Source: a virus
Lineage: Duplodnaviria > Heunggongvirae > Uroviricota > Caudoviricetes
Length of the DNA stretch: 29,170 nt
IMG/VR virus record: IMGVR_UViG_3300031787_000010
Span: 137,429 to 166,598 of that record
Reading direction: 5' to 3' (one strand)
The translations under genes were made by a program, and so were the position numbers. The notes beneath the pieces were generated by a model. It ran no database searches, was not told where the DNA came from, and saw nothing but the letters and a program-made list of their open reading frames with translations. Below, one piece after another: positions 10,061 through 19,144 of the stretch (the stretch's first letter is position 1; the number at the start of each line of letters is the position of its first letter).

Positions 10061-10840
10061 TCAGCCTTGTACTCCGGCGTCAGGCCAAAAGAAGTTGATG
10101 CCGATAGGCAACCTCACCGATAAGTTGTCAGAACCACATGAATCACAATCAACATTTACATTGAAGTCAACATCTGGAATAAGCTGTCTGTACTGTTCAC
10201 GTAAGAATCTTGTATCCTTAACTAACAAGTTTTCCACAAATGTCCAAATCTTTCCTTTGTTTGTTTCACCGTTTACTGACGAAATCATTGCTCGAAGTCT
10301 TGCGGTCGTATCGGATTCTATTTCTGAATTTGCCTTCTTAAGAGCCTTCGTTTCCTTCTCAATAGCCAATTCATCTCCACGGGTCAACAACTTTAATGTT
10401 ACTTCTGCTTTAGACACCGGAAGAACTATTTTAATTTCAGTCGGACTATTTCCGTCTGGTTCGTTTTCTGTTTTTAATGTAGTCAAATCAACCGTTTCTT
10501 CAATAGTCTTGCCACACTTCGGACAAGTCATTCCTACAGAATAATCTTTACCATATCCAAGAATTCTGGTAGCAACCATCACTGCATTTAAATCACCAAT
10601 TAATAGATCCGATGATTTTACACCCTTTGTGACGATTAAACTATCCATCAACTTATCCAACACAACACCTTTCTGAATTAAGTTAGTTGACGTAAGGATA
10701 TCTTCTTCCTTTGCGGTCATATACTTAATTTCGATTTGTCCAGAACGTAACGGACTTCCTTCTGCATAAAAGACTCCCTTTGAAGGTAAATCAATTACTT
10801 CAGTTGGAAATAGATTTTCTGTAACTGTTTTTTGCTCCAT
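10061..10840 (-). CDS. T4 gp26-like baseplate hub / tail assembly chaperone
   Basis: 259 aa; PTEVIDLPSKG.FY, IKYMTAKEEDILTS, L.GD.NA.MVA.RILGYGKDY, two CxxC motifs (CPKC, CDSC), C-terminal PIGINFFWPD. AAGGAG SD at 10847-10852. Confidence 0.8.
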   Translation of the reverse strand: MEQKTVTENLFPTEVIDLPSKGVFYAEGSPLRSGQIEIKYMTAKEEDILTSTNLIQKGVVLDKLMDSLIVTKGVKSSDLLIGDLNAVMVATRILGYGKDYSVGMTCPKCGKTIEETVDLTTLKTENEPDGNSPTEIKIVLPVSKAEVTLKLLTRGDELAIEKETKALKKANSEIESDTTARLRAMISSVNGETNKGKIWTFVENLLVKDTRFLREQYRQLIPDVDFNVNVDCDSCGSDNLSVRLPIGINFFWPDAGVQG

Positions 10841-10846
10841 ATGTAA

Positions 10847-10852
10847 CTCCTT
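10847..10852 (-). promoter_or_regulatory. Shine-Dalgarno site (AAGGAG) of the gp26-like gene
   Basis: 6 nt upstream of ATG 10840. Comparable sites: AGGAG at 25956-25960, AGAGG at 14080-14084 and 23797-23801. Confidence 0.8.
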
Positions 10853-10870
10853 ATTAATATAAAATATTTA

Positions 10871-10897
10871 CTGCTGATATTAATAAATATCAGTCAG
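10871..10897. promoter_or_regulatory. Inverted repeat CTGATATT-aata-AATATCAG overlapping the helicase stop and an ATATTTAT motif
   Basis: Perfect 8-bp arms at 10874-10881 and 10886-10893, extendable by 3 bp with one bulge. Function unknown. Confidence 0.35.
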
Positions 10898-12773
10898 AAT
10901 CGTTTTCTATGTCAAAGCGTTCATTATATGCGCTATTTAATCTTCTGACAAACTCCTTAAAATAAGACTTTTGTTTATCCGGCGTAACCAATGCACCATC
11001 TACAATCATATCGGCTACCGATTGTTTTTCTTTTAGAATATCACGCATATACTCGTCCATCGTACCATCACAGACCATATAATAGACCTGTACTTGTGCC
11101 TTTTGGCCAATACGATGGGTTCTGTCCTCTGCCTGTTCGTGATTTGCGGGAACCCAATCCATATTCAGAAATACAACCGTATCAATCTTGTGTTGCAATC
11201 CGTCGATACCCATACCGGCTGCTAACAGGCTGAATAATCCAATCTTAGCCTGCCCGCTAACTAATTTGTCAATAGTTTCTTGGCGTTCATTTTTATTCAT
11301 TTCACCTGTCAATAGTGCTGCGTGATGTCCATAATGTTCCAGCAAGAACTTCAATGGAGCAATATAATTACTGAAGATGAGGATGGGTTTGTCGTTATCC
11401 AGAAATTCATCAATCATTTCTACCAACCGAGGTAACTTCTTTTCAATTAGGAAGCTTTGTAGTTTTGGCATGTGTTTAATAGAAGGTTTCCCATCCATTT
11501 TCCATTTACCAAATAATTCTTTCAATAATTCGTTGTATTCTTTTCTTTCGTCCTTCGTCAATTCCACATATAAATCATTCCGTTGTTTAGCCGGTAATTC
11601 CGTTAGTACTTGATCTTTCTTTCGTCGAATTACCAAATCTTTTGTGCGGTCGTGGAGGTCTTGAAGATTCATTGGTGCTTGACCTTTCCATCCACCATAT
11701 CTTTGCGTGAAATGGAAGAAGTTATTGAAGCGTTCCTTATCCAAGAAGTTCAATAAACTAAATGCTTCAATCGGACGAGACATGACCGGCGTTCCCGTCA
11801 AGAAAATCGTATACTTGGTTTTGATGCCGGGATACTTACGGCGTTCTTTCCACGACCCAAGAATGCTCTTTGCTCGAATAGTCTGACGATTCTTTAGATA
11901 GGTTGCTTCATCACACACCAATAAGTCAAATCCTTGGTCACGAAGCCAATGATTATTTTTCGCAACTGCATCGTAATGGGTAATATGAAACTGGTGTTTA
12001 AGGTTTCCATCGTACACCTTACTATCCCAAACAGTACTCTCTTTGCCCGTGAACTTTTTAATTTCACGTTGCCAATTCACGACTACGGACAAAGGACAAA
12101 CAATTAACGTTTTGAGATTATGAAGTTGTGCGTACGCAATAGCTTGCACCGTCTTACCCAATCCCGGCGCATCCGCAATGAGACACCGACCACCAGCTCT
12201 ATCGACGAATTGTACACCAACTTTTTGGTATGGATAGAGGTTGAGTTTCAATCCCTTAATTTCAAAATCCGTATCTTCCTTTTGACGAATTTCATCTAAA
12301 TCTTCCCGACGTTCTTGTAACTTACCTAATAATTTTTCAGCCGACGATGATAAAACGGAATTTGGAAACAACTTCTTGACTTTTGGAAGATGTACTGCGG
12401 GAAACTCCCAATGCTTTTCATCACCATTCCATTTCCGTCCGTCAATCTCATACTTGAATTGTTCCAATAGGAGTTTGTTGTACGGCATGACAATATAGGC
12501 CGTCTTGGTGTCCTTCAAATGGACTTCAATTGGACCTGTCTGTTGTTCTCGTTCTTCTTTGGGTTTATCGGATTGCTTGACACGGGGTAGTTGTAAGTCC
12601 GATACATCATCACCTAACAAAGCTCGTTGTGCTGCTTCAATCCATTTTGCTGGTAATGTTTTAGTTGTGGTTATCCATTGTAAATACTGCGGGGCAGTAC
12701 GCCGAACGCTACCCAACGTATGCCCCGAGTATTTTCCCCACGTAAAGACCACTTCATCCAACGAAGGATGCAT
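10890..12773 (-). CDS. SNF2-family (SMARCAL1/HARP-like) helicase/annealing ATPase
   Basis: 627 aa; LYPYQKVGV, Walker A DAPGLGKT, motif II DEAT, motif III LTGTP, motif VI QAEDRTHRIGQ. A HARP-like segment (PYNKLLLEQFK...GRKWNGDEKHWEFP) precedes the ATPase core. Confidence 0.92.
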   Translation of the reverse strand: MHPSLDEVVFTWGKYSGHTLGSVRRTAPQYLQWITTTKTLPAKWIEAAQRALLGDDVSDLQLPRVKQSDKPKEEREQQTGPIEVHLKDTKTAYIVMPYNKLLLEQFKYEIDGRKWNGDEKHWEFPAVHLPKVKKLFPNSVLSSSAEKLLGKLQERREDLDEIRQKEDTDFEIKGLKLNLYPYQKVGVQFVDRAGGRCLIADAPGLGKTVQAIAYAQLHNLKTLIVCPLSVVVNWQREIKKFTGKESTVWDSKVYDGNLKHQFHITHYDAVAKNNHWLRDQGFDLLVCDEATYLKNRQTIRAKSILGSWKERRKYPGIKTKYTIFLTGTPVMSRPIEAFSLLNFLDKERFNNFFHFTQRYGGWKGQAPMNLQDLHDRTKDLVIRRKKDQVLTELPAKQRNDLYVELTKDERKEYNELLKELFGKWKMDGKPSIKHMPKLQSFLIEKKLPRLVEMIDEFLDNDKPILIFSNYIAPLKFLLEHYGHHAALLTGEMNKNERQETIDKLVSGQAKIGLFSLLAAGMGIDGLQHKIDTVVFLNMDWVPANHEQAEDRTHRIGQKAQVQVYYMVCDGTMDEYMRDILKEKQSVADMIVDGALVTPDKQKSYFKEFVRRLNSAYNERFDIENDSD

Positions 12774-13003
12774 TAAGCCTCAACCTCTAGTATTTCTTCT
12801 GGAGTTGTTGCACGAACATATACCATTCGTTCCATGTCCAATTGCCAACCCTCCTCTGGATCTAATTTTAATATTTGCATCATTTGTTCATTAGCAAGTT
12901 TAATCTGTTGCATTAATTGTGATTGATATTTTTTTAACGCTTCGTTATTATTTAATATCAATTGCGCTAATGCGATAGGAACGTCCATCGTTACTTCTTT
13001 CAT
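12773..13003 (-). CDS. Hypothetical protein
   Basis: 76-aa ORF; its stop overlaps the helicase start (TAATG), and its start abuts the upstream stop. Confidence 0.7.
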   Translation of the reverse strand: MKEVTMDVPIALAQLILNNNEALKKYQSQLMQQIKLANEQMMQILKLDPEEGWQLDMERMVYVRATTPEEILEVEA

Positions 13004-14074
13004 TTATTTTACCTCAACTGAAATCTTCTTTTTCTTTGTTGCTGTCTTACTCTTATTAGCTTTTGGAAGTTGAGTACTTTGTAATTTTAATTGCGTCTCA
13101 GCGATACGCAACTTCAACTCTAACTCCTTCACTTTATTTTCCATTTCTATTTCTTTGGAATTTACAGCAACTTGCTGGTTGGTCGATTGTGCGTTTTGAG
13201 AAGATTCTAGATTACGTTGATCTTGAATCTTTTTTGTCAGTTCCCAGTATATAGGCGGCGTTTCAAACTTACCAATTCGTTTATCAACAAATTCCCGTAC
13301 ATTTGGTTTGGTTCTATGCGTGGACTGTTGTTTACCTTCCGCGTTAGTATGAAATGGACACTTTTTACTTGAAGCAGTTGGATCACCCATAAGCGATCCA
13401 TCCTTTACTTCAGCCGGATATACTCCTCTAAAGTAGTGTTTCTGCCATACATCTGCTGAATGGTGACCCGCTCGTTGTTCGGACATATATTTTAATCTCG
13501 AAACATTCCAATTCCAGTAATCATCGTGAAATTCTTTGAATTCTGGATCGTGGAGCGAACGAATTTCTGCTTCCGTATTATCAAACACCGTCAAGTCGAT
13601 AGGGAAAATAAGCGCAATAGGATCTCCTATTTTTACTTCAAAAGATCCAGGTTGTGTAAATCTCCAATTTAGAGTAAAGGAATATCTTAACCAGTGCGCT
13701 TCTACTACCCCAGACAATGGTATAACGTTTGGCACAGGTGTGTTCGGTGCACCAGTAACGTATAGTCCGTATGGATATTCCATTTGGAATAACCATCCAG
13801 CATGCCAAGTTAAGGTACCTTCTCCAAAGTGAGACGATGGAGTTCCATAACCATCGTGGTGTTTTATTTTTACACCAGAAGGCGCATTATTTCCATCCCA
13901 CTCTGCTGTGAAGTGTGCCTCTGACAATATTTCCCACCCAAATGAATTAGCCATAGATAATGGTAAACATCTGTACGGGTTTTTATTTACTGCATCGTCC
14001 ATCCAAGGACGTTTAGATCCAGCAGGCTGTAGTCTAAACGGTCTGTCGGATGCGGGATATGCTATCATTTTCAT
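13004..14074 (-). CDS. DUF6065-family protein with a C-terminal coiled-coil, Lys-rich extension
   Basis: RPWMD...PYRCLPLSMANSFGWEIL, SHFGEGTLTW, PLSGVVEAHW...FTLNWRFT motifs match my recollection of DUF6065. AGAGG SD at 14080-14084. Confidence 0.7.
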   Translation of the reverse strand: MKMIAYPASDRPFRLQPAGSKRPWMDDAVNKNPYRCLPLSMANSFGWEILSEAHFTAEWDGNNAPSGVKIKHHDGYGTPSSHFGEGTLTWHAGWLFQMEYPYGLYVTGAPNTPVPNVIPLSGVVEAHWLRYSFTLNWRFTQPGSFEVKIGDPIALIFPIDLTVFDNTEAEIRSLHDPEFKEFHDDYWNWNVSRLKYMSEQRAGHHSADVWQKHYFRGVYPAEVKDGSLMGDPTASSKKCPFHTNAEGKQQSTHRTKPNVREFVDKRIGKFETPPIYWELTKKIQDQRNLESSQNAQSTNQQVAVNSKEIEMENKVKELELKLRIAETQLKLQSTQLPKANKSKTATKKKKISVEVK

Positions 14075-14095
14075 AGTAACCTCTTTATTTTAAGT

Positions 14096-14716
14096 TTATT
14101 TTAAATCATCTATTTTGATTAATATCATAGATCGATATGGTTCAGACGTATCTTCATCAATACAATATATAGGGTTTAAATAAAATGGATTTATTTCCAT
14201 ATTAATTTGTCTAAAATCAGAGTCTAAAATATCTTTATTTTCTATAAGATTCCTTCTACTACTGGTTAGCAAGTATGTACTTCCACTATTTTTTATGTTC
14301 TCTAGGGACTTTTTTATATTCTCATAAGAAAGATGTATAAAACAATCTCGCACTATAACTAAATCCTTTTTAGGTAAAGGATCTTCTGTAATATCTAAAT
14401 GTAGAAATTCATGCTGTGGATAATTTAGTCTGTTGTCATTGACGAATACTTCGGCAATGTCCGCTCCGACGTATTCGATTCCCGTCAAATTGACTTCTTT
14501 CATCCAATGAAAGTCACCACACGGTATGTCTAGAATTGATTTGATATTAAATGTATCAAATAATTTTGGCAATGCATTTCTTAAAGGTTTTGTAGATTCT
14601 AATGTACTACCACCACCACTTCGAGTTTCTATGCATCCCCACCCATTTGCCGTTGGATTCATAGCATGTACAGCGTGTATTATAATCTCAAATTCGTGTT
14701 TAAGTTTTTCGTTCAT
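14096..14716 (-). CDS. Class I SAM-dependent methyltransferase
   Basis: W...ETRSGGGST, SILDIPCGDFHWM (motif I), YVGADI, DLVIVRDCFIHL. Start moved from 14767 to ATG 14716, which forms an ATGA overlap with the upstream stop. Confidence 0.85.
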   Translation of the reverse strand: MNEKLKHEFEIIIHAVHAMNPTANGWGCIETRSGGGSTLESTKPLRNALPKLFDTFNIKSILDIPCGDFHWMKEVNLTGIEYVGADIAEVFVNDNRLNYPQHEFLHLDITEDPLPKKDLVIVRDCFIHLSYENIKKSLENIKNSGSTYLLTSSRRNLIENKDILDSDFRQINMEINPFYLNPIYCIDEDTSEPYRSMILIKIDDLK

Positions 14717-15243
14717 GCAAAACTCCAATGCATGAATAGTTGAACAACATGCTGGTGTGGTTCGCAAATTAAATCATCACGCCAATGTGTCATTGTTGTT
14801 CCTAACATCATACCACCATCACCTCGACCAATATTCAAAGGAACTTGATTATTTGTCTTATCAATACACCACAATGGCCATTCCTTATCTAAACTATTAA
14901 ATAGCGTAATAGACATAGTGTAATCAAGACCTTGACGATCAACGTGTTTGTGTAAAGTTCCACCATTATAATAAATGCGTCCAAACGAATTAGCGGGAGT
15001 CATTTTAACTCCCAACTCGTCTTGCAATCTGTCTGTTAATGATCGCAATGCGGCCTCAAACTCTGGATGGTTTCCACCATACGAATTATCATAAAACTTT
15101 TGGTCACCACCTTCATAAACTAAACGATCTGTAGCTTTCATGTCATACATCAACTGAGCAAAGTCGTCGCACTGCTGGTGTGTCAGTACGTCTTTAATGT
15201 ATGCATACCCATGTCGAGCAAAAAATTCTGATTGGTTGTTCAT
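14713..15243 (-). CDS. 2-oxoglutarate/Fe(II)-dependent oxygenase-like protein
   Basis: 176 aa; GYAYIKDVL N-terminus, RIYYNGGTLHKHVDR (HxD), THWR (distal His), QLFMHW. Double-stranded beta-helix oxygenase family common in phages; substrate unknown. Confidence 0.75.
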   Translation of the reverse strand: MNNQSEFFARHGYAYIKDVLTHQQCDDFAQLMYDMKATDRLVYEGGDQKFYDNSYGGNHPEFEAALRSLTDRLQDELGVKMTPANSFGRIYYNGGTLHKHVDRQGLDYTMSITLFNSLDKEWPLWCIDKTNNQVPLNIGRGDGGMMLGTTMTHWRDDLICEPHQHVVQLFMHWSFA

Positions 15244-16796
15244 AACTGTGATCCTCTGTTTTTTTGTATAATATAATCTTCCAATATAACGGCGTCCATC
15301 TCTTTACTATCTAGAACTGTGAGTGCTTCTTTATACGTATTCAAAATTGGTTTTCCTGCCACATTGAACGAAGTATTTAATAATACACCTATTCCAGTTT
15401 TATTATGCATTTCTGTTAATAAATTATATAAAAATTCATTTTGTTTTTTAGTTACAGTTTGTACTCTCGCTGTACCATCCACGTGCACTATTGCTTCTAG
15501 TTTATTTTTATATTCATCTTTTACTCTTGGACAAAAACTCATCCAACGGCTTTCAGTATTCCATTCAAAATATTTGTTAACATCTTCTAGACGGACCACG
15601 GGAGCGAAGGGACGATAATATTCTCTACCTTTTACTTTAGCATTCAATATATCTTTTATTCCAGTAATAGCAGGATTACACAATATACTTCTATTTCCTA
15701 GTGCTCTTGGACCATGTTCACATCTATCTCGTACCACACCTACAATTTTACCAGATATAATATAGTCTGCTAATTTAGCGATGTCAAGTACTTGTGCCGA
15801 TCGTTCGTGTGCAATTCTTATTAATTCATGTCTATCCCATACTACGGGCCCAGCATATGTACAATCAATTGGTTCTGTTGGTTTGATAGTAGATGCTAAT
15901 AATCCAACCGCCAACCCACAATCATTTGGATTAGGTGGAACAAATACGTTTCTAGTTCTAGCAAGTTTGGTATTATTTAATATATTAAGCCCACACCCAC
16001 CAACTAAAATTAAGGGTAATGAAGGGTATTCCTTTAAAAATGGCGTTATCTCTTCTTCAAAAAGTTGCTCAAAGACAAATTGATTTGAAGCAGCTAAATC
16101 TTTAGCGTCTTGGCCAGTGAATCTAAATTCCTCTGGAATGTCAAGAACCTTCCTTATTGTAGTCACCGTTTCCGGTATTTTCCCATCATCCCCGCTATTA
16201 TATATAGTATGTAATTTATTGACGAATTCTTCCGTGGCGTTTCCGTAGTTTGCAAACCCCATAATTTTTCCGGCGTACACCAAGTTTCCCCAAAACGGTT
16301 CTTCCTTTCGTATATCTTCAATATAATGTGCAACCAATCCATATGGAACAGCTAAATCTCTTTTACCAGAATATATTTTTGTAATACCCGCGCGCTTATC
16401 ACCTATAAACACATTGAAAAATCCTTCATCTGAACCACCATCAGCTGATACTATTAACGCATTACTATATGGGGATTGGTATAATCCAGAGTATGCGTGA
16501 GCTGTGTGGTGTGGTAACCATGTGTATTTTTTAGCGGGAAATATTTTATAGTATTCTTGGTGCACGGAATTATATATTACGCTTTCATATTCCGTTACTC
16601 CATATTTTTGATTAAAGTAGTTTTTTATTTCGTGAATCACTGCTATATTATATGGCTCTCTTATGTTATAGTAAAACCATAATGCGCAATTTTTTATTGA
16701 AGTAAATCTTTCTACTTCCACTACTTCTAAAAGTTTGTCATCTTTTGATATAGCTATTGTTGCATTATGAGAACCAAACATTCCTATATTAAACAT
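15240..16796 (-). CDS. O-carbamoyltransferase (NodU/CmcH/TobZ family), copy 1
   Basis: HHTAHA, DGG, GKIMG, GGCGLN, EHGPRALGNRSIL, RPFAP, HVDGTARVQTV, LLNTSFN. Start moved to ATG 16796 (MFNIGMFGSHNA), which aligns with the N-terminus of the paralog. Confidence 0.92.
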   Translation of the reverse strand: MFNIGMFGSHNATIAISKDDKLLEVVEVERFTSIKNCALWFYYNIREPYNIAVIHEIKNYFNQKYGVTEYESVIYNSVHQEYYKIFPAKKYTWLPHHTAHAYSGLYQSPYSNALIVSADGGSDEGFFNVFIGDKRAGITKIYSGKRDLAVPYGLVAHYIEDIRKEEPFWGNLVYAGKIMGFANYGNATEEFVNKLHTIYNSGDDGKIPETVTTIRKVLDIPEEFRFTGQDAKDLAASNQFVFEQLFEEEITPFLKEYPSLPLILVGGCGLNILNNTKLARTRNVFVPPNPNDCGLAVGLLASTIKPTEPIDCTYAGPVVWDRHELIRIAHERSAQVLDIAKLADYIISGKIVGVVRDRCEHGPRALGNRSILCNPAITGIKDILNAKVKGREYYRPFAPVVRLEDVNKYFEWNTESRWMSFCPRVKDEYKNKLEAIVHVDGTARVQTVTKKQNEFLYNLLTEMHNKTGIGVLLNTSFNVAGKPILNTYKEALTVLDSKEMDAVILEDYIIQKNRGSQL

Positions 16797-17571
16797 ATTT
16801 TCGTAAAACCTTATTGTGAAATTGTATGTACTCTTCCGTACTACTGATTCTAAATCTATACGCAAAATACTTTTCATTTGCTATTATGTCATCGACGTAA
16901 TCTACTAACGGGCCACCGTTATCGCCTAAACTTGTAGCGGATGTTTTTACATCTTGATGTACTTCGTCCCAGACGGCATAATTTAATTTATTAAATAGTA
17001 TTACTCCCACACCAAGATCTTCCATAGATAACGGATACGGTAAAGATAAATATTCTTCTTTATTGTTTACTAATTGTTGTACACAATCTTTTGATAGATA
17101 ATTAAAACTTCCTCCGCAAAAATAATACTCATTGTTGTACATATTTCGTGCACCATCATATTGTTTATCTTTTCTTTCCAGTGAATCTAGAAATTTGTGC
17201 ATCTTTTTAATATCAAGGTAAGTCGTATTACAAATTCGAACTATATAATCAAATTCTAAATTATTAAGACACCACTCATATGCTATGATAAGTTTTTGAT
17301 TACGTGGATCTGTAAGAGGATTGCTTACTACATCTTGTACCCCACACACAAGAATATTATTACCGTGGTTATCATACATAATCGCAGAACCCTTGGCGGG
17401 CGTTCCACTTAAATGTGAATACGGTTTATCTTCTAAATCATAACCTCCGTAATAATGAATAACTGTTACGTCTGGGTGTTTTACTCTTGCCCATGTACTT
17501 TTTGCTAACGCATCTATTGCATTATATTCAAAATGCCACGTTGATTGGTTTAGTACTATAATTTTAGTCAT
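16789..17571 (-). CDS. GT31 (beta-1,3-galactosyltransferase/Fringe)-like glycosyltransferase, divergent
   Basis: KLIIAYEWCLNNLEFDYIVRICNTTY...YDG...FCGGSFNYLSKDCVQQL...EDLGVG follows the GT31 layout (K..a..w....dy, G.g..lS, EDv.G). The DxD position reads CNT. Confidence 0.5.
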   Translation of the reverse strand: MTKIIVLNQSTWHFEYNAIDALAKSTWARVKHPDVTVIHYYGGYDLEDKPYSHLSGTPAKGSAIMYDNHGNNILVCGVQDVVSNPLTDPRNQKLIIAYEWCLNNLEFDYIVRICNTTYLDIKKMHKFLDSLERKDKQYDGARNMYNNEYYFCGGSFNYLSKDCVQQLVNNKEEYLSLPYPLSMEDLGVGVILFNKLNYAVWDEVHQDVKTSATSLGDNGGPLVDYVDDIIANEKYFAYRFRISSTEEYIQFHNKVLRKYV

Positions 17572-17572
17572 A

Positions 17573-19132
17573 TTAATCCTTTTTTATATAATAATTTTCC
17601 AAAATCAACCCATCCATTTCCACATTTTCTAGCATCCAGACAGCATCTCTGTATGTATTCAGAATTGGTTTTCCTGCGATATTGAAGGATGTATTTATTA
17701 ATACACCGACTCCTGAAAGTCGTTTTACTTCACCTAATAGGTGATACAGAAAAGAATTTTGCATTTCTGTTACTGTTTGCAATCTAGCCGTGTTATCGAT
17801 ATGTGTGACAGATGGTAAAATTGATCGGTATTCCGTTTTTACTCTTGGGCTAAATGTCATCCAACGTGCTTCACCTTCCCAATCAAAATAAGTATTTGCA
17901 TCTTCCAATCTAGTTACGGGTGCAAACGGACGATAATATTCTCTATGTTTGACTTTTGCATTTAGTATATCTTTCATACCTACAGTTGGCATGCAAAGAA
18001 TACTTCTGTTTCCCAATGCCCTAGCCCCGTGTTCAGAACGACCACGAACAATTCCAATAATTTTTCCAGAAATTAAATCTTCTGCTAATTTTGTGAAATC
18101 TACTTCGGTTGCATTATATTTGTTTACGTACTCATGTAATAAATGTCTATCCCAAACTTCAGGTCCGATATAAGTGGAATCAAATGCATCCGATGGCTTT
18201 AAAAACCCTAACATAAATCCTAAACTCAATCCTCTATCGTCTGGATTTGGCGTTACATGCGTCTTTGTTAATTTATTTACTTGTGTGTTATTCAGTACAT
18301 TTAAAGCACATCCACCAGTTAAACATAATTTGTCATCACTACCTATGATATCTTTGTATGATAACTTTTCAAACAATTGCTCAAACGCATATTGAGAAGT
18401 TCTGACTACATCCACTTCTAACTGGCCAGTTAACTCATCTGGATAACCTAATTTTTTATAATTGTTATACTTGTCCTCGTAAGTAGAATGATGTCCTTTG
18501 TAGTATTCTAAAAAATTATTTATGTTATTGTGTAAAATTTTACCGTATGCTGACAATCCCATCAACTTACCCGAATGTACCAGATATCCTTGAAATCTAT
18601 CTTGTTTGCTCAATGAACTACAATAAAATCCAATTTGTGCATATTTTTCTCCGATATTATAATCAGGTTCCGTTCTATATAATGTGACTCCATTCTGTCT
18701 AGTTGCTTTATAAAAATTAAAACACCCATCATTACCACCACCATCAAAACTAATAATTGTTGCTTCTTTTAAATTAGTTTGATAAAATGCATTATACGCG
18801 TGTCCTTCTTGGTGACCCATCTCTATTAAATTTTTTGCGTTAAAAATATCTAAAACACTTCCGTGTGCAGACCAATATCCACCCGTGAGTACTTCCAAAT
18901 CTGTAGGGTTACATATTAGATTTTGGTATTTGTCTGCACCATATTTTATTTTGAAGTATAGAAGTATTTCTTTTACAGCATGTATAGGATTATGAGTGGT
19001 AGGTAGATACCACGTTAAACTTATATTTTTAACGTTTAGCCATCTTTCCAATTCCACAACTTCTAGAATTTCATCATCTCGACTTATCGTAAATGACGCA
19101 TTGTGTCCTGTGTATATTGATAAATTAAACAT
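17573..19132 (-). CDS. O-carbamoyltransferase (NodU/CmcH/TobZ family), copy 2
   Basis: 519 aa; HQEGHA, FDGGG, GKLMGLSAYG, LTGGCALN, EHGARALGNRSIL, RPFAP, HIDNTARLQTV, LINTSFN. Confidence 0.92.
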   Translation of the reverse strand: MFNLSIYTGHNASFTISRDDEILEVVELERWLNVKNISLTWYLPTTHNPIHAVKEILLYFKIKYGADKYQNLICNPTDLEVLTGGYWSAHGSVLDIFNAKNLIEMGHQEGHAYNAFYQTNLKEATIISFDGGGNDGCFNFYKATRQNGVTLYRTEPDYNIGEKYAQIGFYCSSLSKQDRFQGYLVHSGKLMGLSAYGKILHNNINNFLEYYKGHHSTYEDKYNNYKKLGYPDELTGQLEVDVVRTSQYAFEQLFEKLSYKDIIGSDDKLCLTGGCALNVLNNTQVNKLTKTHVTPNPDDRGLSLGFMLGFLKPSDAFDSTYIGPEVWDRHLLHEYVNKYNATEVDFTKLAEDLISGKIIGIVRGRSEHGARALGNRSILCMPTVGMKDILNAKVKHREYYRPFAPVTRLEDANTYFDWEGEARWMTFSPRVKTEYRSILPSVTHIDNTARLQTVTEMQNSFLYHLLGEVKRLSGVGVLINTSFNIAGKPILNTYRDAVWMLENVEMDGLILENYYIKKD

Positions 19133-19144
19133 AACCGTTTTATG

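Noticed and set aside
14717-14767. Track start for the methyltransferase at 14767
   Set aside because: It overlaps the oxygenase C-terminus; ATG 14716 gives a canonical ATGA coupling.
16797-16877. Track start for carbamoyltransferase 1 at 16877
   Set aside because: It overlaps the upstream gene; ATG 16796 aligns with the paralog N-terminus (MFNI/MFNL).
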